From: the human T2T-CHM13v2.0 reference genome, Homo sapiens
Reading direction: 5' to 3' (one strand)
Length of the DNA stretch: 64,000 nt
Assembly: GCF_009914755.1 (NCBI RefSeq)
Contig: NC_060937.1
The position numbers were made by a program, and so were the translations under genes. Within the stretch, counting starts at the first letter, position 1. Each line of letters starts with the position of its first letter. Under the pieces are notes generated by a model. The model did no database searches, was not told where the DNA came from, and saw only the letters and a program-made list of their open reading frames with translations. This document shows, one piece after another, positions 17,218-32,959 of the stretch.

Positions 17218-18051
17218 CACAGGTATTGACTTAGTGTATTACATGACCATAGGCACTAACTGCTGGCCACTCCTGTCAACCTCAAGTGAGGTATCAGTAG
17301 TAAAGTTCATCCGGACTGTGTTTACACACTATTCCAAAGGGAAAATTAAAGTATCCAGAAGAGTTTAAAGAGTCTCAAAAACTATTTTGAATGCAAACTG
17401 GTAGTAATGAAAGTGTACACATTATTTTCAGATGAAATCTTCAAAACAGACGCACTTTTGAACTTAGCATCCCCAGTTTGATGCACCTGGATACATGGGC
17501 TGTGCCTGACCTAAAACGTGTGTCTGTTCGTTTCTGAAAATAGGACTGTGTTGTTCTACAGCTATAGCCTACCTCCTTGGTCCTCTCCTACATCCATTTG
17601 AAAAATCTTTGAAAATGGGAAGAGATTTTTAAAACTCAGACAACGGTCAACTTGAGGTTCAAACTGGTTCTAGTTTGAAGTTCTAAAATTAACTTTCTTT
17701 AAAAGAAACTCAGCATGATCAGATTTTTAGGCTAGCAAGCTAAATGTGCTGCAATGTACTGTGGAAACTATGATGACTGTGCTTTTATCTATAAATTCAA
17801 TCTCCTGTAACATTCACCAAGACTACGAAAAGCAATCACTGAGCAGGCCACCCATTTTCTCTCTACTATTCTTTCAAAACAGGAATATTAAAATATGGTA
17901 CAACACAGAATCATCTTTACTGTGAATTACATGTTCTGCTAAGTAACTTGCAAAAAAAAAAATCAAACTGGCAGTAACTTTACTAAAGATACAAATGCTT
18001 ATATGCTATATTTTCTTATTCTGAATAGAATATTAAAATTTATTACCTCTA

Positions 18052-18172
18052 AGCCAAGCACAGTGGCTCAACCCTATAATCCTGGCGCTTTGGGAGGCAG
18101 AAGCAGGAGGATCACTTGAGGCCAGAAGTTTGAGACCAGCCTAGGCAACACAGGAAGACCCTGTCTCTTCAA
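18052..18172 (+). mobile_element. Alu monomer (FLAM-like)
   Basis: Left-arm Alu sequence ending in accctgtctc. Confidence 0.8.
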
Positions 18173-18173
18173 A

Positions 18174-18255
18174 CACTCAAATTTATATCTAAGAATTCTC
18201 CCCCAAAGAACTTTCACTAAAATTTATATCTAAGAATTCTCCCCTAAAGAACTTT
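18174..18255. repeat. 41-bp tandem duplication (2 copies)
   Basis: cact(c/a)aaatttatatctaagaattctcccc(c/t)aaagaacttt occurs at 18174 and 18215. Confidence 0.9.
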
Positions 18256-18651
18256 AAAAATTAGGCTCCACTCTGAAGCCAGCCAGGGTCCCACCAGTTT
18301 CCACTTATAGTGCCACAATTCCAGAACAAAGGAGAAGCCATTCTGATGAGAACGACTTTGTTTCAATTTTGAAAAACCACGGATCAGGAAATACCTGAAG
18401 TATAATTTTTAGAATCCGAGTTGTCACATCACCTTCAGGATGTTTTCTTATTGTTAATGCCATGTGACAATAAAAGATAACAATTTTTATATAAATAATA
18501 TTTCTGTTAAAATTCTGATCTCAACTTAGCTATTGTTAGTTTACAAATAGAAAGGTAGATATCATAAATTAGGTAAGCAAAGCATGCAAATCTAAAGCAT
18601 CTCTATCTGAATTCCTAGATTAGCGTTAAAACCAATCACCGCAACAAATAC

Positions 18652-18816
18652 CTCAACAGTATGCCTCGTGTGCAGAAAGGAAGCGATACTGAACATTCAA
18701 TGCCACAACTGTAAGGTTTTCGGAGAAGCACCTGTGGCAGTTTCAGCAGTTTCTATATGGAATGCTCCCCCTTTCTAGGATTACTTGAAAAAATCAAGTC
18801 AATTCGAATTACGTAG
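18652..18816 (-). other. ANKRD10: Candidate stop-containing (poison) cassette exon in ANKRD10 intron 3; 165 nt, or 132 nt with the internal acceptor at 18783
   Basis: Acceptors atgttttacag|CTACG (18816) and gattttttcaag|TAATCC (18783), donor GAG|GTATTT. In-frame TAG at 18755-18753 after exon 3. Confidence 0.6.
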
Positions 18817-19882
18817 CTGTAAAACATTGACATGTGTAGTTTTTACAGATTCAGAATCTTCTGTGTGATTTAAAACGGGCAATGGTTCATAATACAGGAA
18901 ACTTAAATAATAAGGGATCACATATTTGCAGGCAACATTTGGATTAAAAATACATAGACAACATAAGGTGCAGAAGCACACTGAGCTTAAGCCATTGTCA
19001 TGTGACCACCTTGACCATGAGCTACTGCTCTAAAACACTGCCTTTTAAATTACCTTTGGTAATTTTTTAGCATGAAGCCAATTTAAATATGTCAATATTT
19101 CAACATAAGTTTAACAGTATGGACTAAAAACCATCAACTCACGATTCTGGTTACTTTAAAATTTGGTATGCTGTATCTCAAATACATTAGTAACTATTCC
19201 TAGATGGAAATAAGCAAATACATGGAATCATTAAAAAAAGATAAAAAACATTACTAAATTGTCCATTTGTAAAGATAAAACATTAGCAAACATCTAAGAT
19301 ATCTTCAGCAAAAGAAATACATGTGTATTTTTAACCCTTTGGTATCCAAACTCTTATTTAATTATGAAGACTTTCTTAAATATATTCTTCAGTTAATAAT
19401 AGGAAGAAACTATTTTTAAAGAGTTTCTACCTAAATAAATTTGGTGCCAAGTTTTCAAGTTTAAAGTTACTGAGAATAGTTTTACACTGCAATTGAACCA
19501 AAATTATGTTTTCAAACATTAAAATGTAAAACCATCATTCCAGTAGTCTGATGAAATATTTAGCATGCTCCTGCTATAATTTAGCAAGGGAGAAAGACAT
19601 TTGGATTTAGCAAACACTGGTTTTATTTGAAAGCACTACCTATAAAAGTAGTAAGGAAATTATTAAAATCTGTATTTTAATCAAGCTGCTATGAAAAACA
19701 ATCAAAATTCTGAACAATTTCTTAACAAGTCTAGAATGATATCAACCCACTTACTGTCCCTTTCTAGCAGGCAGAACTTAATAACTATCTCAGGAACTGA
19801 TTCCTCCATCCTGAAACACCTTAACAACCGGAAAATAGCCAAGACCAGACAAGTCTGCTGTGGGGACAATTAGATAAAAGGA

Positions 19883-20192
19883 GGCTGCACAGTGGCTCAC
19901 ACCTGTAAACCCAGTGCTCTGGGAGGCCAAGGTGGAAGGACTGCTTGAGCCCAGGAGTTTGAGACCAGCCTGGGTAACACAGCAAGACCCCATCTCTACA
20001 AAACATTTTTAAAAATTAGTTGGGCATGGTGGTATGTGCCTATAGTCCTGGCTACTCAAGAATCTGAGGCAGGAGGATCACTGGAGCCCAGGAGTTTGAA
20101 GTTGCAGTGAACTATAATCATGCCACTGTACTTTAGCCTGGACGACAAAGGGAGACTCTGTCTCTTTTTAGAAAAAAAAAAAAAAAAAAAAA
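19883..20192 (+). mobile_element. Alu (AluJ-like)
   Basis: Dimeric Alu with AluJ-type gagcccaggagtttgag and an A tail. Confidence 0.88.
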
Positions 20193-23100
20193 GAGGAGGC
20201 AAAAGTAGGATGTGAGGATGACTAGAATTCAGAGGACCTAAAATCAGAAAATATGAATTCAGAGTCATAATTCTGGTAGATTTTGTAACTGAAATATTAT
20301 TCTGATGGGCAAAAAAATGAACAAATATAAAGAAACCACGAATTTCAAAATGAATAGCTAAAAGTAAATCTAGGTTACATTTTGCTAAGGGCAAAAGTCA
20401 CAAATGAATTTAACACTAATATTAAATATGCTCATCACCTGTATTTGACCTAATGAAAATCTGGTTTCTAGACAGGGCTCTATGGTAAACAAAGGTGGGT
20501 CATAAATGGTCAATTATGATCCAAACTAAGACAATTCCATTTTAATTAAAATTTCTTTTAATTAAAGTGAAGCAGTATTCTTTGTGGCATTAGAATAGTC
20601 TACTAACATCACATTCTAGGCTTTGTTATAGCCAACTGTGCCTACTTCCTAAACTAGGCAAGAGAGACTTTTCTAGAGTGAGTCACTGAATTTGCTTATA
20701 TAAGGCTATCGATGCTTCTCAAGCTATCTGATGATCCCAGTTAAGATAAAAATAATTAAGTTAAAATACATGTAGCCCAGCTGAAAATCTGGTTACCACA
20801 GAATAAATGGCTTCTCAAGAAATCCTCTCCTGTAGAAAAGTTCTGAGACTCTGCCATTAAACACTGGCATCCGTATAATGCAGTATTAAAACGGACCTAC
20901 AAATCTGCCTGAGATGCAAGTCATGCTGGTTTCATTCTAAATCTTTTTATTTCTACTCAGTGGCAAAAAGCTATTTTACTAGCTGGTTGATATGGAAACA
21001 TCCTCCACTTATCTCTCAAGAAAATAAACACAAATCAGCCAAAAGTAATTGGTACCAAATTACTGAAAGTACAGCTATTCCAAGGCCCGAATTCTATTTA
21101 CAATGCTAGTAGTGAAAAGGTCTTCTTAATTATCAGCAGACAGCAAGTTTTCAAGTCTTTTTCCAAAATCACATTAAGACTTAATGTTATGCTGTTATTT
21201 GTTCCATCGTTCAAAAGAAAAATGAGATGACAATCTTTTTGTAATAGTATATCCTCTTCTTCCAGTCAATACCTGAGTACCAAGCAAGCAGCACTCAAAT
21301 ATTGGGGGCAGTGGAAAAATGGAACTACCATATAAGCAAGATTAAGGATGGTGACAACTTCACGTGCTTGCTGAAAACTCCATACACAGAGATTTAGGTC
21401 CTTTAAAGTACACAAACATTTAGTTTGGTCACAAGTTAGATTTAATCCTGTGCGTTTTAATTTTTAGATGTAAACAATGGCAAATAATAATGACCAACAT
21501 ATAAGCCAGAAACAGAGCCTCACACACAGAAAACTTGGCACCAAAACTCAAGATTTAAAATAAGAAAAGAAAAAGAAAGTCCATTAACATACTCACGTGT
21601 GGTGCTAGAAAATTTAATACGATGCACAGCAGCTGAAATGCGTTATCTTACAGATGCAACCTACATTAACAAGTAAGTTATATAACAAACCATTCTAGCC
21701 ACAGACACTTAGTGTACTTGCCCTTATTATTATGTACCTGATGTCCAAAAAAGCACAACAATTTAAGACTTTGGGCACTTTATGTAGCAGATATATAAAA
21801 AGCAAAGCAGGAATTAAGAGCAAATGAATTTAATAATACTGATATAAGGCAGCTTTTAATCTATTCACAGGAAAAGGAAAAATTTATATTATCTCCTAAA
21901 TATTATAGCATGTAATATGAAGAGTTAATAATCTCGTCCATTCTGAATGAAAAAAACTAACTTTAAATAAGTTAATTCTATGCTCCTTGAACGTCTTAAA
22001 AAAAAGAAACGGTTATGATTTGCTAGGACTACACTTTACCATATGAGCAGCGTTACAGGGAATAAAATAGACCTAGTACCATTATTTTGGAGATTCAAAC
22101 TGTTACACGTTGGTGGTCTAAATGGGGTAAATTATTAAAATGTGCAGAAATCAAGAAGCAACTTACAAATTAACTTACTGACAAAACTGACATTTTATCT
22201 CGATGTTAAAACTAAATAACCACATATACAATAGCAATGAATAATGATTACTTGTGCTCTATCTCCAGGCCAAAGGCTTATAATTGTTTTTGGCTAGGTA
22301 GCTCAGGCTAAATACTTCTTCTAAAAAAAATATGAAAGCTCAGTCCAGGGAAGTCACCATAATGCAGGGTCTTGAGTGGTGGCTCTTATACTGAGAAGGA
22401 AAAACAGACTGGCACCTGAGCCCATCTCAGCCACACCTGGTGGAAAAGAGACACTTGAGGGCCCTGTAACCAAGGACAGAATTGTAAATAAAAGATTCTC
22501 ATTTTTTAAAAGACACCTACTAAAAAAAAAGGACATCGTGATATTTATTGGCTGAAAAGATTAAGCTATCCATAAAATGAATAAAACATCTTTGTAATAA
22601 AATGTTCAGGACCAATTAGAGTATTATTTAGAAAGTCATTAAAAATATCAACTTCTAATTATCCACTGTTTGAATAAATGACAAGCAATTTAATCATGTT
22701 ATGACTCCGTATTTTATAATGAAAGTTTGTTATAAAAATTAGAGTTTTAAATCTAACTACAGCTAAGAAAAATGCACAAATAACTTTGCTTTAAAGCAAT
22801 CCACTGAGAATCATCTCAATGTTCTACTAGTATATAAAACATACTATCAATTGTTTCTACATTACCTTTAGTCACAACTATACATGAAGTCGCGAGAGTC
22901 CCTGCAATGTAACAGTAAACAGAGGCCATGTTTATAATACTAAATCACTATATAAGGATCACAGCCCAAACTAATGGCGAATCTTGCCAATAAACTTAAC
23001 AAAACAGAAGCTAAGCTATTCACAGATGATTGACAGCCTCCGGTACCTACACACGTCGTGCATTAGCCTGTATGGTTTTGCTGTCTAGGATCTATTTTCA

Positions 23101-24152
23101 ATATAATACAGAGTCAAAGCAATGAAATGGAAACCAAAGGGTTAAACTAGTTTTGTGGGTTTTATTTCCTCCGAAGTCTAAATGTTCACATTTCTGATTA
23201 GAATAATGTGGTTTATAATTAATTTTCATGAATTATTCATAACACTTAAGGTAAAACAAAAAAGCTGATATTGGTTATTTTGGTTATTATAGCTCTATAG
23301 CTTACACTCAACATTTAAGGGTGAAAACCGCATCCATTTTGTTAATGCTGTGAACTGCAGAAGAAAAATTTTTATAATATAAATTTTTAAGAAAAAGTTA
23401 ATACAAATAAATGTAACAACTAAAATAAATGTATAATGCCATGGCTAATGATTTGCATATAAGATCTCATTTCTAAAAGACTACACGTAAACATTAAGAT
23501 TGTCCTATCAAAGCATAAATAAGCTAACTGATGTAAGCTGGGCTAAAACGAAAGATATTTAAAAATAATGCCACCAGTACCAGAAGCTTACAGCAAGCTT
23601 GAGGTCTTTAATGTAAATAGTCATATTTTACAAGGAACTATCAACCATTAAGTTACAATGGGCTTTAAAACATAACTTTCTCACATCTGCTAAGACGTGG
23701 AAATCAAAACCTAGAAAAGTGAATTTTCTTCAGAAACCTTCTGAGCCAGAGAGGTCTGAAAAGATATTTTAATCCAATCCAAGCTTCTTGTTTTGAAATC
23801 AAAATTAGGCAAAGAAAAGTTTAAAGACCACAGTGACACAACTAGTTAGTGGCAAAGTAATGGTGGCAAAGTAATGATGCCAAGTTCCAAATCTAATTAG
23901 TTAACTGTTCTTTCAGTTCAAATACACTCTCTCGACAAGAATATTGAGGCTGCTGTGAAATTAAACCCCCTCCTCTAGAGATCAATTTAATCCACACAAT
24001 TTTCCTCACTAACACCAACTGTTCTAAAAGGCAAAATTACATTACTAATTTTGAAAACAAAGTTTTAGGACTTTTGCCTGCTTATGTACTGCCTTTAAAC
24101 AAAACATCCTCAACTACATCTTTAGCTGGAAAGAATAAACGAAAGACACTTA

Positions 24153-24311
<159 letters not shown>

Positions 24312-25999
24312 TCATTAACACAGATCAGAGACCTTCTCATCCTTTTTTGAAGTAAAACATGTTGAGCAAGATCTGAAGCAGAACACAAAGAAATCTATAC
24401 GTGAATGGAGGATGAGAACGAACCAGGAGGGGCCAAGATATTTGGTCGTTGACCAAATATCTTGGGGCCTCTCCAGTAGTGACAGCGTGATTGCTCTCAA
24501 CAGTGATTTATAAATCACTTTACACTGGATCTTAGCACGTGTGTTTTATATAAACCCAGAATAAGTAACCAAACAAACAAGCCAACCAACCAACCACACA
24601 CACACATTAAAACGGTCATCAAGGCCAAGAAATAGCACATAATAGCTGACATATGGTCTCAGCTACCCACTTTCCTCTGTGCCTACCCCAATGCTAACCC
24701 GAGTCAACATCATCAATGCCGATCTTGAATCTTCTGCTTTGAACTTGAAGTGGGACCACAACTTAGACAAGATGGCTTGAGGTTCAACAGTTGATCTATT
24801 TTTCAGTATTTACTAGAGGGAATATTTACTAAATATTCCCAATCTATTTTCAGTATTTATTAGAGGAAAGGGAGAAGAACACAAAGGTAAAGCAAACCAA
24901 GCTTCATAAGAATGAAATTCCTGGTTCAGAAAGTGCAGAGGGGGTGGGGTGGCGGCGGTGGGGAGGTGAAGCACACACAGAGGCAGAGAAAAGTGAGCAG
25001 ACCCAGGAAAGCCACTGTGAACATCAGCAGTCAACCCAGGTCTACACTGCATGAATGAAACAACCTGAAAGACCATCTTCATAGGCTATCAGCTAAGCAA
25101 GAGAGGGGAAAGGCAATCAGACACAGCAATCAAGAGAAGAAAGTGCTTTCCGGTGGAAAATGAAGACTGGGAAATCCTGGGGGCTCCACAGCAACACTTC
25201 TTGAATACTCACACTGCAACCTCACTGGAAGCTGAACTGCGCAGACTACCACACAATTAAGAGACCAAGATAAAAAGGAGTGCAGCAACTGTGGGTCACT
25301 TAGAAAACAGTTCATTCCTAAACTCACTAAATAGCTAAGCTCCTTCACCAACTCATACTCACAGGAATAAACATGAGGTGAGGGCCACCCAAAGTTAAAA
25401 AAAACAGTGGTAGATTAATTTACAGAAAAATAAGAGTATGAAAGGCTCGAGTGCTTGGTAGAGGGAAAAGTGTGCACATTTATTTAAACAAAGGTCTAAA
25501 GAGACTATAAAGCAATGTAAAGTTCTAAACAGAAAAATCCATTTTTGAAGACAGAAACACAGAAAACCATGCGGCTATAAACTATCCAGTCAACTCGGAT
25601 TTTTTAAAAAGCGAAAACCTAGCCCTATCCTCCCCAAAAGAGAGGTGAGGAGGGGAGAGAAGTAGTACAAAATAAAGACAAATAAAAATTACATAAAAAC
25701 ATTCCCAGGAAAACTGGAGCTGAGATTTAGATAAAGTTTTGCCAAAAAAGAAAAAGGCTAAAAAGGAAAAAAGGTCTTTAAAGCTATCCTTGGAACAAGA
25801 CAAAAAAGTAAGGGTCTGTCACGGTGGGATATTAACAGATGACAATGAAAAAGCAAAACTACCAAGCTCTGCAGGGACAATCTTTAGGGGCAGAGCAAAC
25901 ACTAGAGAAAGGCCCGGACATCCTGAGAGAAGGTAGCCAAGAGAAAAGATACGTAAGACTAAAGAGCCAGGTGAAGGTGCCCGGGCCTCCAGCTCAGCC

Positions 26000-26870
26000 C
26001 AGTCACATCGCAGCCACAGCAAATTGAGTGATCTACAGGGAACTGGGAGCAGTGCCAGAATGCTCAAGACAGGCTGGGCACCCTGGGTTTTCATAAAGAA
26101 AAATTTCATTTCCAATCTAGATATGAAAAATTAAAGACAACATCAAATGCCAAAATTCTAGAAGAGGCATATGAAAGAGAAGGTTTGCTAATTACGCACC
26201 AAGGCTAGTCAATATAGATTCACTAAAAACAAATCACAGGAAAGCTGGCTTCATTTCCTCTTGGGGAAATCGAGAACACAGGCCTCTAGGCAGCATACGA
26301 GCTTTGGTAATCTCACCTCAGAGACTGCCAAAAAAGTCTGTGGTATTAACTTTGAGGAAAATGAACTTAGAACTGTTAGTAGCTAACATGCCAAAAGATT
26401 AACAGACTAGAAATTGGCTTAAAACACTGCATCAACAGGTTCAAAAAATTAAATGGACACAACAAAGGAGAAAAACCTGGATTGGATTTGGCATCCTGAG
26501 TTTATATGAGAAATGAGAGAAACTGTCTACCTGGAGATGAGTCAGCAGGTAGGCGGGGTGGGGAGCTAACAAAAGGGCTATTGTGTCCTCTAGAGTCACT
26601 GGGTGCCCATAACAAGAGGTGTTGAAATTCACCCACTACATAATAGAGTGAGATGATGCCTCAGATTCGGATGTAAACTCCACATGCCAGCAGACCACAA
26701 CTACCTAAGATACACTAAGGAGAAATTCCAGGATGCTTTACAATGCCAAATGATATGCACTAGGCACATGTGAGGACTTGGAAATGTCTACCCGGATACT
26801 TCAAATACAGGGAGGGCTGAAAAGAAAAAGATTTTAGGATCCTGCCTGGGAAGAAGCAGAGTGCGGTAGA
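26000..26870 (+). mobile_element. Highly degraded CR1/L3-like LINE fragments
   Basis: Weak resemblance to L3 ORF2 (for example ttcactaaaaacaaatcacagg...cttcatttcctc). Boundaries are uncertain. Confidence 0.3.
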
Positions 26871-28446
26871 AGTTTCCAGGAGGTGTTATCTAGAGGCATC
26901 TGAGAGGAAGGTGGGAGACCCAGCAGCACACTTTCTGCCTCACTCCCTTTATCTACTGAAAATACTGAACTGCCATAAGACACTTTGAAAAGGGGGCTTC
27001 TTGATTTAAAAAGGTCTGGAAAGCAGTGTTAGACAATTTCTCTAGTCCTCTCTAAATAAGATGCTATGTAACAATTTGATGAAAATTAACCTACAAAAAT
27101 GATATACTTAAATTCCATACTATTAATTACTGCCATTCATGGAATTATTAACTGTATTTTACTGATAAAGAGATTGAGCCACAAAGTTAATGACTTGCCC
27201 AAGGAATCAAGCCCACACTGCCCTTTCTACCAGGGGACAGGGGTAGGGAAGAAGGAAAAACACAAGGCGCTGCCCAGCACATAAGGGTATTGAGTAGGTA
27301 ATTCATAACTCTCGAATTTATGAAGACAAGCAACAGAGCAGCAGAGAAATATACATTATGTAAAGGCACACGTGTGGAGATGGAAGGAGAGAAGTGGCAG
27401 CACAACCTTAAAACTTGTCCCATATCCCACATTTCAGTTTAGTAACAAACAGGCCTCAACTCTTGGCCACCTTCCATTTTCTTTTCTACTTCACATCTTT
27501 TAAGGGGACAAACTGCCTTATAACTTACCCCACTTTCCCATTGATCCTTGTTTTAAATCATGGCTAAAAACACCTTCTTTCTCAATTACTTACTGCTCAG
27601 GTGGGTAGCTGGGTTTTTAGAAGAGGGACTAGCAACAACCTTATGCCTGGTTATCATGAAGGACTGAATCTTGGGAAAGAAAAGTAGAAAGACGACTTTG
27701 CATCCAAGACCTTGATGACTATAAAGCATTTAAAGATAGGAGTAAAAAAGGCATAAAAACCAGCTCCCAGAGCCCATGCCCAGGTCTTAAGAGATGAAAA
27801 TTATCAATTAGTCTAAGGACTAATCCATCTGCAGCAAAGGACGCTGAGTCTAGGGACTGCTCCCAGTCAGACAACCTAATGGTTATTAGATGCTGCTTGT
27901 CTCACACAACTAAGTACCTAACAATCTGAATGCGTGTGTGTTTGGTTTAGGTGAAATGATACTGAAAACACACCATGAAGAAAAATCTGGCACGATTATG
28001 TTCCTGTCAGTATGTTTAAATACCAAGTCCTCAAGTCACTTACTCTTCCCACTTAGTAAATGATACTTAGCACTTATCTGCATCAAGGCATCAACTTGTA
28101 TCTGAAGCTCACTTTGGAGCTGACTTAATAGCCATGCTTTTCCCAGGATGAAAATGTTTTCATAATTATCTGTGGAAATGAGGCTAAGGCAGCTATGAGT
28201 AGAAAGCCAGGAAACCTGGGCTCAAGGCCAGGCTCCTTTAATTACCAGCTATAACCTTGGGCACATCACCCTGGATCAGTTTATCACACAACAGGTGAAA
28301 GCACTCTATGAACAGAAAGCATTCCTATGGAAAGGGCCTACTATCCTCCACAAACAACTGAAGAAACATAAATTCCAGTCTGCCCTCAGGTAAAGATATC
28401 AAACTCTAATTAAGGCCTCGATTTAAAGCAATACCGTGTATAATTA

Positions 28447-28692
<246 letters not shown>

Positions 28693-29019
28693 TCAGTACA
28701 CTATTCAATATTACATGAATAATCGAAATTCTATAATGGTGACAAATGGCATTGTTACCAGTTTTTTAACAGATTAAGTCACTCTTTCCCAATGCCATGC
28801 AAATTTTAAAGGACATTTAAGATAACATATTCCCTTGTCCTTATGAAAAAGACGGTAGATAGAAATAGAAAAATGCAAAAAGACGACTAACACTATACAG
28901 ATTTAAATATTTGTTTCCCTACAATTGAATAAGCCAAAATCAGAAAATATTGGACTGCGCTGTTCCAAGACTTCTATCAAAACTGTTTGTTGCACAGACT
29001 ATTCTAAACAAAAACGTTA

Positions 29020-29741
<722 letters not shown>

Positions 29742-32541
29742 CTATAGTGTGCACAACTGTGCACTTTTACACAAGCCAGCACTGAATACTCATTGAATAA
29801 TCAATAGAGGCCCCATTCTCCACATTTTTTTACTCTTTTCAAAACCCTATGGGGGAAAAAAGCCTACAGCATAACTGAGCAATGCACCTAGTGGGTGACT
29901 AACATGGCAAGTTAAGACTTTGTGGCCAAGCACCAATACCATGATAGCCTCTGGCTAAAATAATTTAGCGCATTCAACAAATTTACCAAGTGCCTACCAT
30001 GTGCCAAGCAACTGTTCAACCCACGTTCTCTGATCCTGGACTGCTCATTTTCCCTCACTCCAATCACAATGCAGTTAGGGAACAAGCTATGCCTGACTGC
30101 AAGCAATTCTCTTCAAGAGGAGAGACCTCACCTGAAGACAAAACACCTGACACTACCATCTCAACTCAAGGTTTCTTTTTCCATTTCTCTTAGCACTTTC
30201 AGGCTTTCAGTAAACACTCCTGTGAGATGAAGAGTACACAGATTCAAAACACCCTCTTCAACCAACTTGGACCTGGGAGTAAAGGCTGATGTCTATTTAT
30301 TGCCTTTATTAATTTACTGGGTGAAAATGAAAGTATTAATTAGCGATAAGATGAACAGGTTGCAAATCCAATAAAAATAAAACGGATGAAAATCACTTGG
30401 CGTACCAAAAATCAGCTATTCAGGGCTCGCTGGCTTTAAACCTGTTACCCTTGGGTTCAATTTAGAAACTTGGATTTGGAATTCTGGAAAGATACTGTTC
30501 AATATGGTATAAAAGCTACAACAGAGATTTTAAACAACTCGTTTAGTCCTCTGGCAACAAACGAGTCTTACCAACGGTTAGGGGATCTTGTGCACCACTA
30601 GCACATTTCTAAGAACACGAGCCTGAAACCTGTGTAAGAGGGCAGCCGTTAGCAGGGCTGGGGAGAAAGCCTGGACTTCGCAAGCGGTAGCCCTGAGTCC
30701 TGGCCTGATTTCTGTCCTAACGGCTTCTTCTCAGAAGGGAATGTTTGGACACTGGACAGGGGCTTTCTAAGGCCCCTTCCGTATCTAAGACCAAAGAGCC
30801 CTATGATTCAGACAGCTGGAAACAATGAAGTAACTGCTTCTTGTTACAACATTTGATGACCAAGGTAAAGCTACTACTCAAAGTCCCATGGAAGTAGACT
30901 TTTGAAAAGTGATTTCAGTCGGTGTTTTTTAAAAAACTGTGATAAAATACACATTAAAAATTACCATTTTAAAGTAACTATTTTAATCCCCAGAGACAAG
31001 TGGAGGCACCACTGGATTAAATTTTCTAAGTGACCATCTGTAATGAGGCTTTAAGCATTCTACAGATCGTTGTTCACTGACTATCACCCAGTATTGTGTC
31101 GTTCTCAACCAGGGTAGAAAGGACAGAATCCTAAAGTTTAGTGTAAAAATAAACCACAGCAAGAGACACTCTGGAGGGAGGAAATCCTCAGATTACTGAC
31201 TGCCTCGGGAAATCTATTTAAGGCTGCACGCAGAAGCGCAGGGAGGAGGCTTTATTACTTTTGTTTGTTAAGAAACTCATTTCCCCTGGGCACCTGTTTT
31301 CTCCAGCAGGTACTACGGTTGCACAACTTCAGAGACAGTGCCACAGGAACCTAACAGCCCTTGAGGACTGATTAACTTGCTTGTCCCACCCCGATCGTCA
31401 AAACTCCTTTTCATTTCTTTTATTGAAAGAAAAGTGACTTTTCCACTTTAAAAGAATCAGAAACTGCTTTCCAAAAGACACAGCTGCTTTGTGAATGTAG
31501 CACCAGGGGCAGCAAGGTAAACCGCAACTTCATCAGCTGGTAACGACATTACCAGGGCCAGGCCTTCTTAAAGTAACTTATTTCACATTACCTCTCACAT
31601 ATTTCTGCAAAACCATTTAACCCCATCTCATCACTTACGAGAAAAACACTATACACATCCCTGAATTTCAGTGAATTAAGAAATATTAATTAAAACCAGT
31701 CACTTCTGAAATGCACGGTGAAATCTTATTTAAGATTTCTGACAGCAAGTACCCCAACGACTTCACAGATGAGGAAACGGTAGCTATCCAACCTTTTAAA
31801 ACCTTAAAGCAGCACTGTGTTCCCCCAGAATTTTCAGTTTAAGAAAAAAGAGGGGAACGTAAAGCCTCCACGGGAAGAGAATTCTGCTTAATTTAACCAC
31901 TTCTGCAGTAATTTAGATCCAAGATAAACACAGCCGTCACTAATTTTCCTGAAGCGGGGCCAGCTACGAGCCTTAAAGCAAACCCAGAAGCTGGAGAGCC
32001 GGCCTCCATCCCACACAGCTGCCGGGGCCTTCCAGTCCCGCCGGGGCGCTTGCTCCTCGGCTGAGCTCGTCCGCAGCGCGGCCCTCGGCTACTGGCGAGG
32101 CTGTGCGGAACCAGAAGGTCGACCGCGCCCGGGCATTCCCCGCGCGCCTCTGACCCCAGCTCGGCTCCCCGGAAGCCGCCTGGGCGACTTCGCGGCCTAA
32201 TACCCGGCTCTGCGAAATCGCTCGCGCCTCCGGCCCGGCCTGGAGGGCCCCGCACCATCCGCGCGCGCGCGCGCTCGCACAGGATCCGGCCAACAGGCGC
32301 CGGGACCCTTGGAGCCCGCCTTGTTGGAAACTTGCTACGCGCGCCGCCGCACATGCGCCCTAGGCCCCTCCGGACGCAGGCGCCACCGACCTCGCTTCCG
32401 CCCCGCGCCCCCCGGCTGCCCCGCCGCGACTCCGGGCCGCGAGCGCTGCCGCACAGGCGCCCTAGGCCCCTCGGGGCACAGGCGCCGTCGATCCCGCTTC
32501 CGCCCCGCGATCCCGGCACGCCCCGCGTCCCCCGCACCTCA

Positions 32542-32823
<282 letters not shown>

Positions 32824-32959
32824 TCACCGGAGAGCGCGGGGCTCGCTGGCCTAGAGGACGCGTCGGGGAGGACTCGAGAAGCCGCCGCCGCAGCACAAAG
32901 GAACGAGACTAGCGCCGCGGTCGCGTCCCACAGGCTGCCGAGCGGAGCGCGCACAGAGG

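Noticed and set aside
20541-20566. AT-only hairpin tttaattaaaa-tttc-ttttaattaaa
   Set aside because: A short inverted repeat of this kind is expected by chance in very AT-rich DNA.
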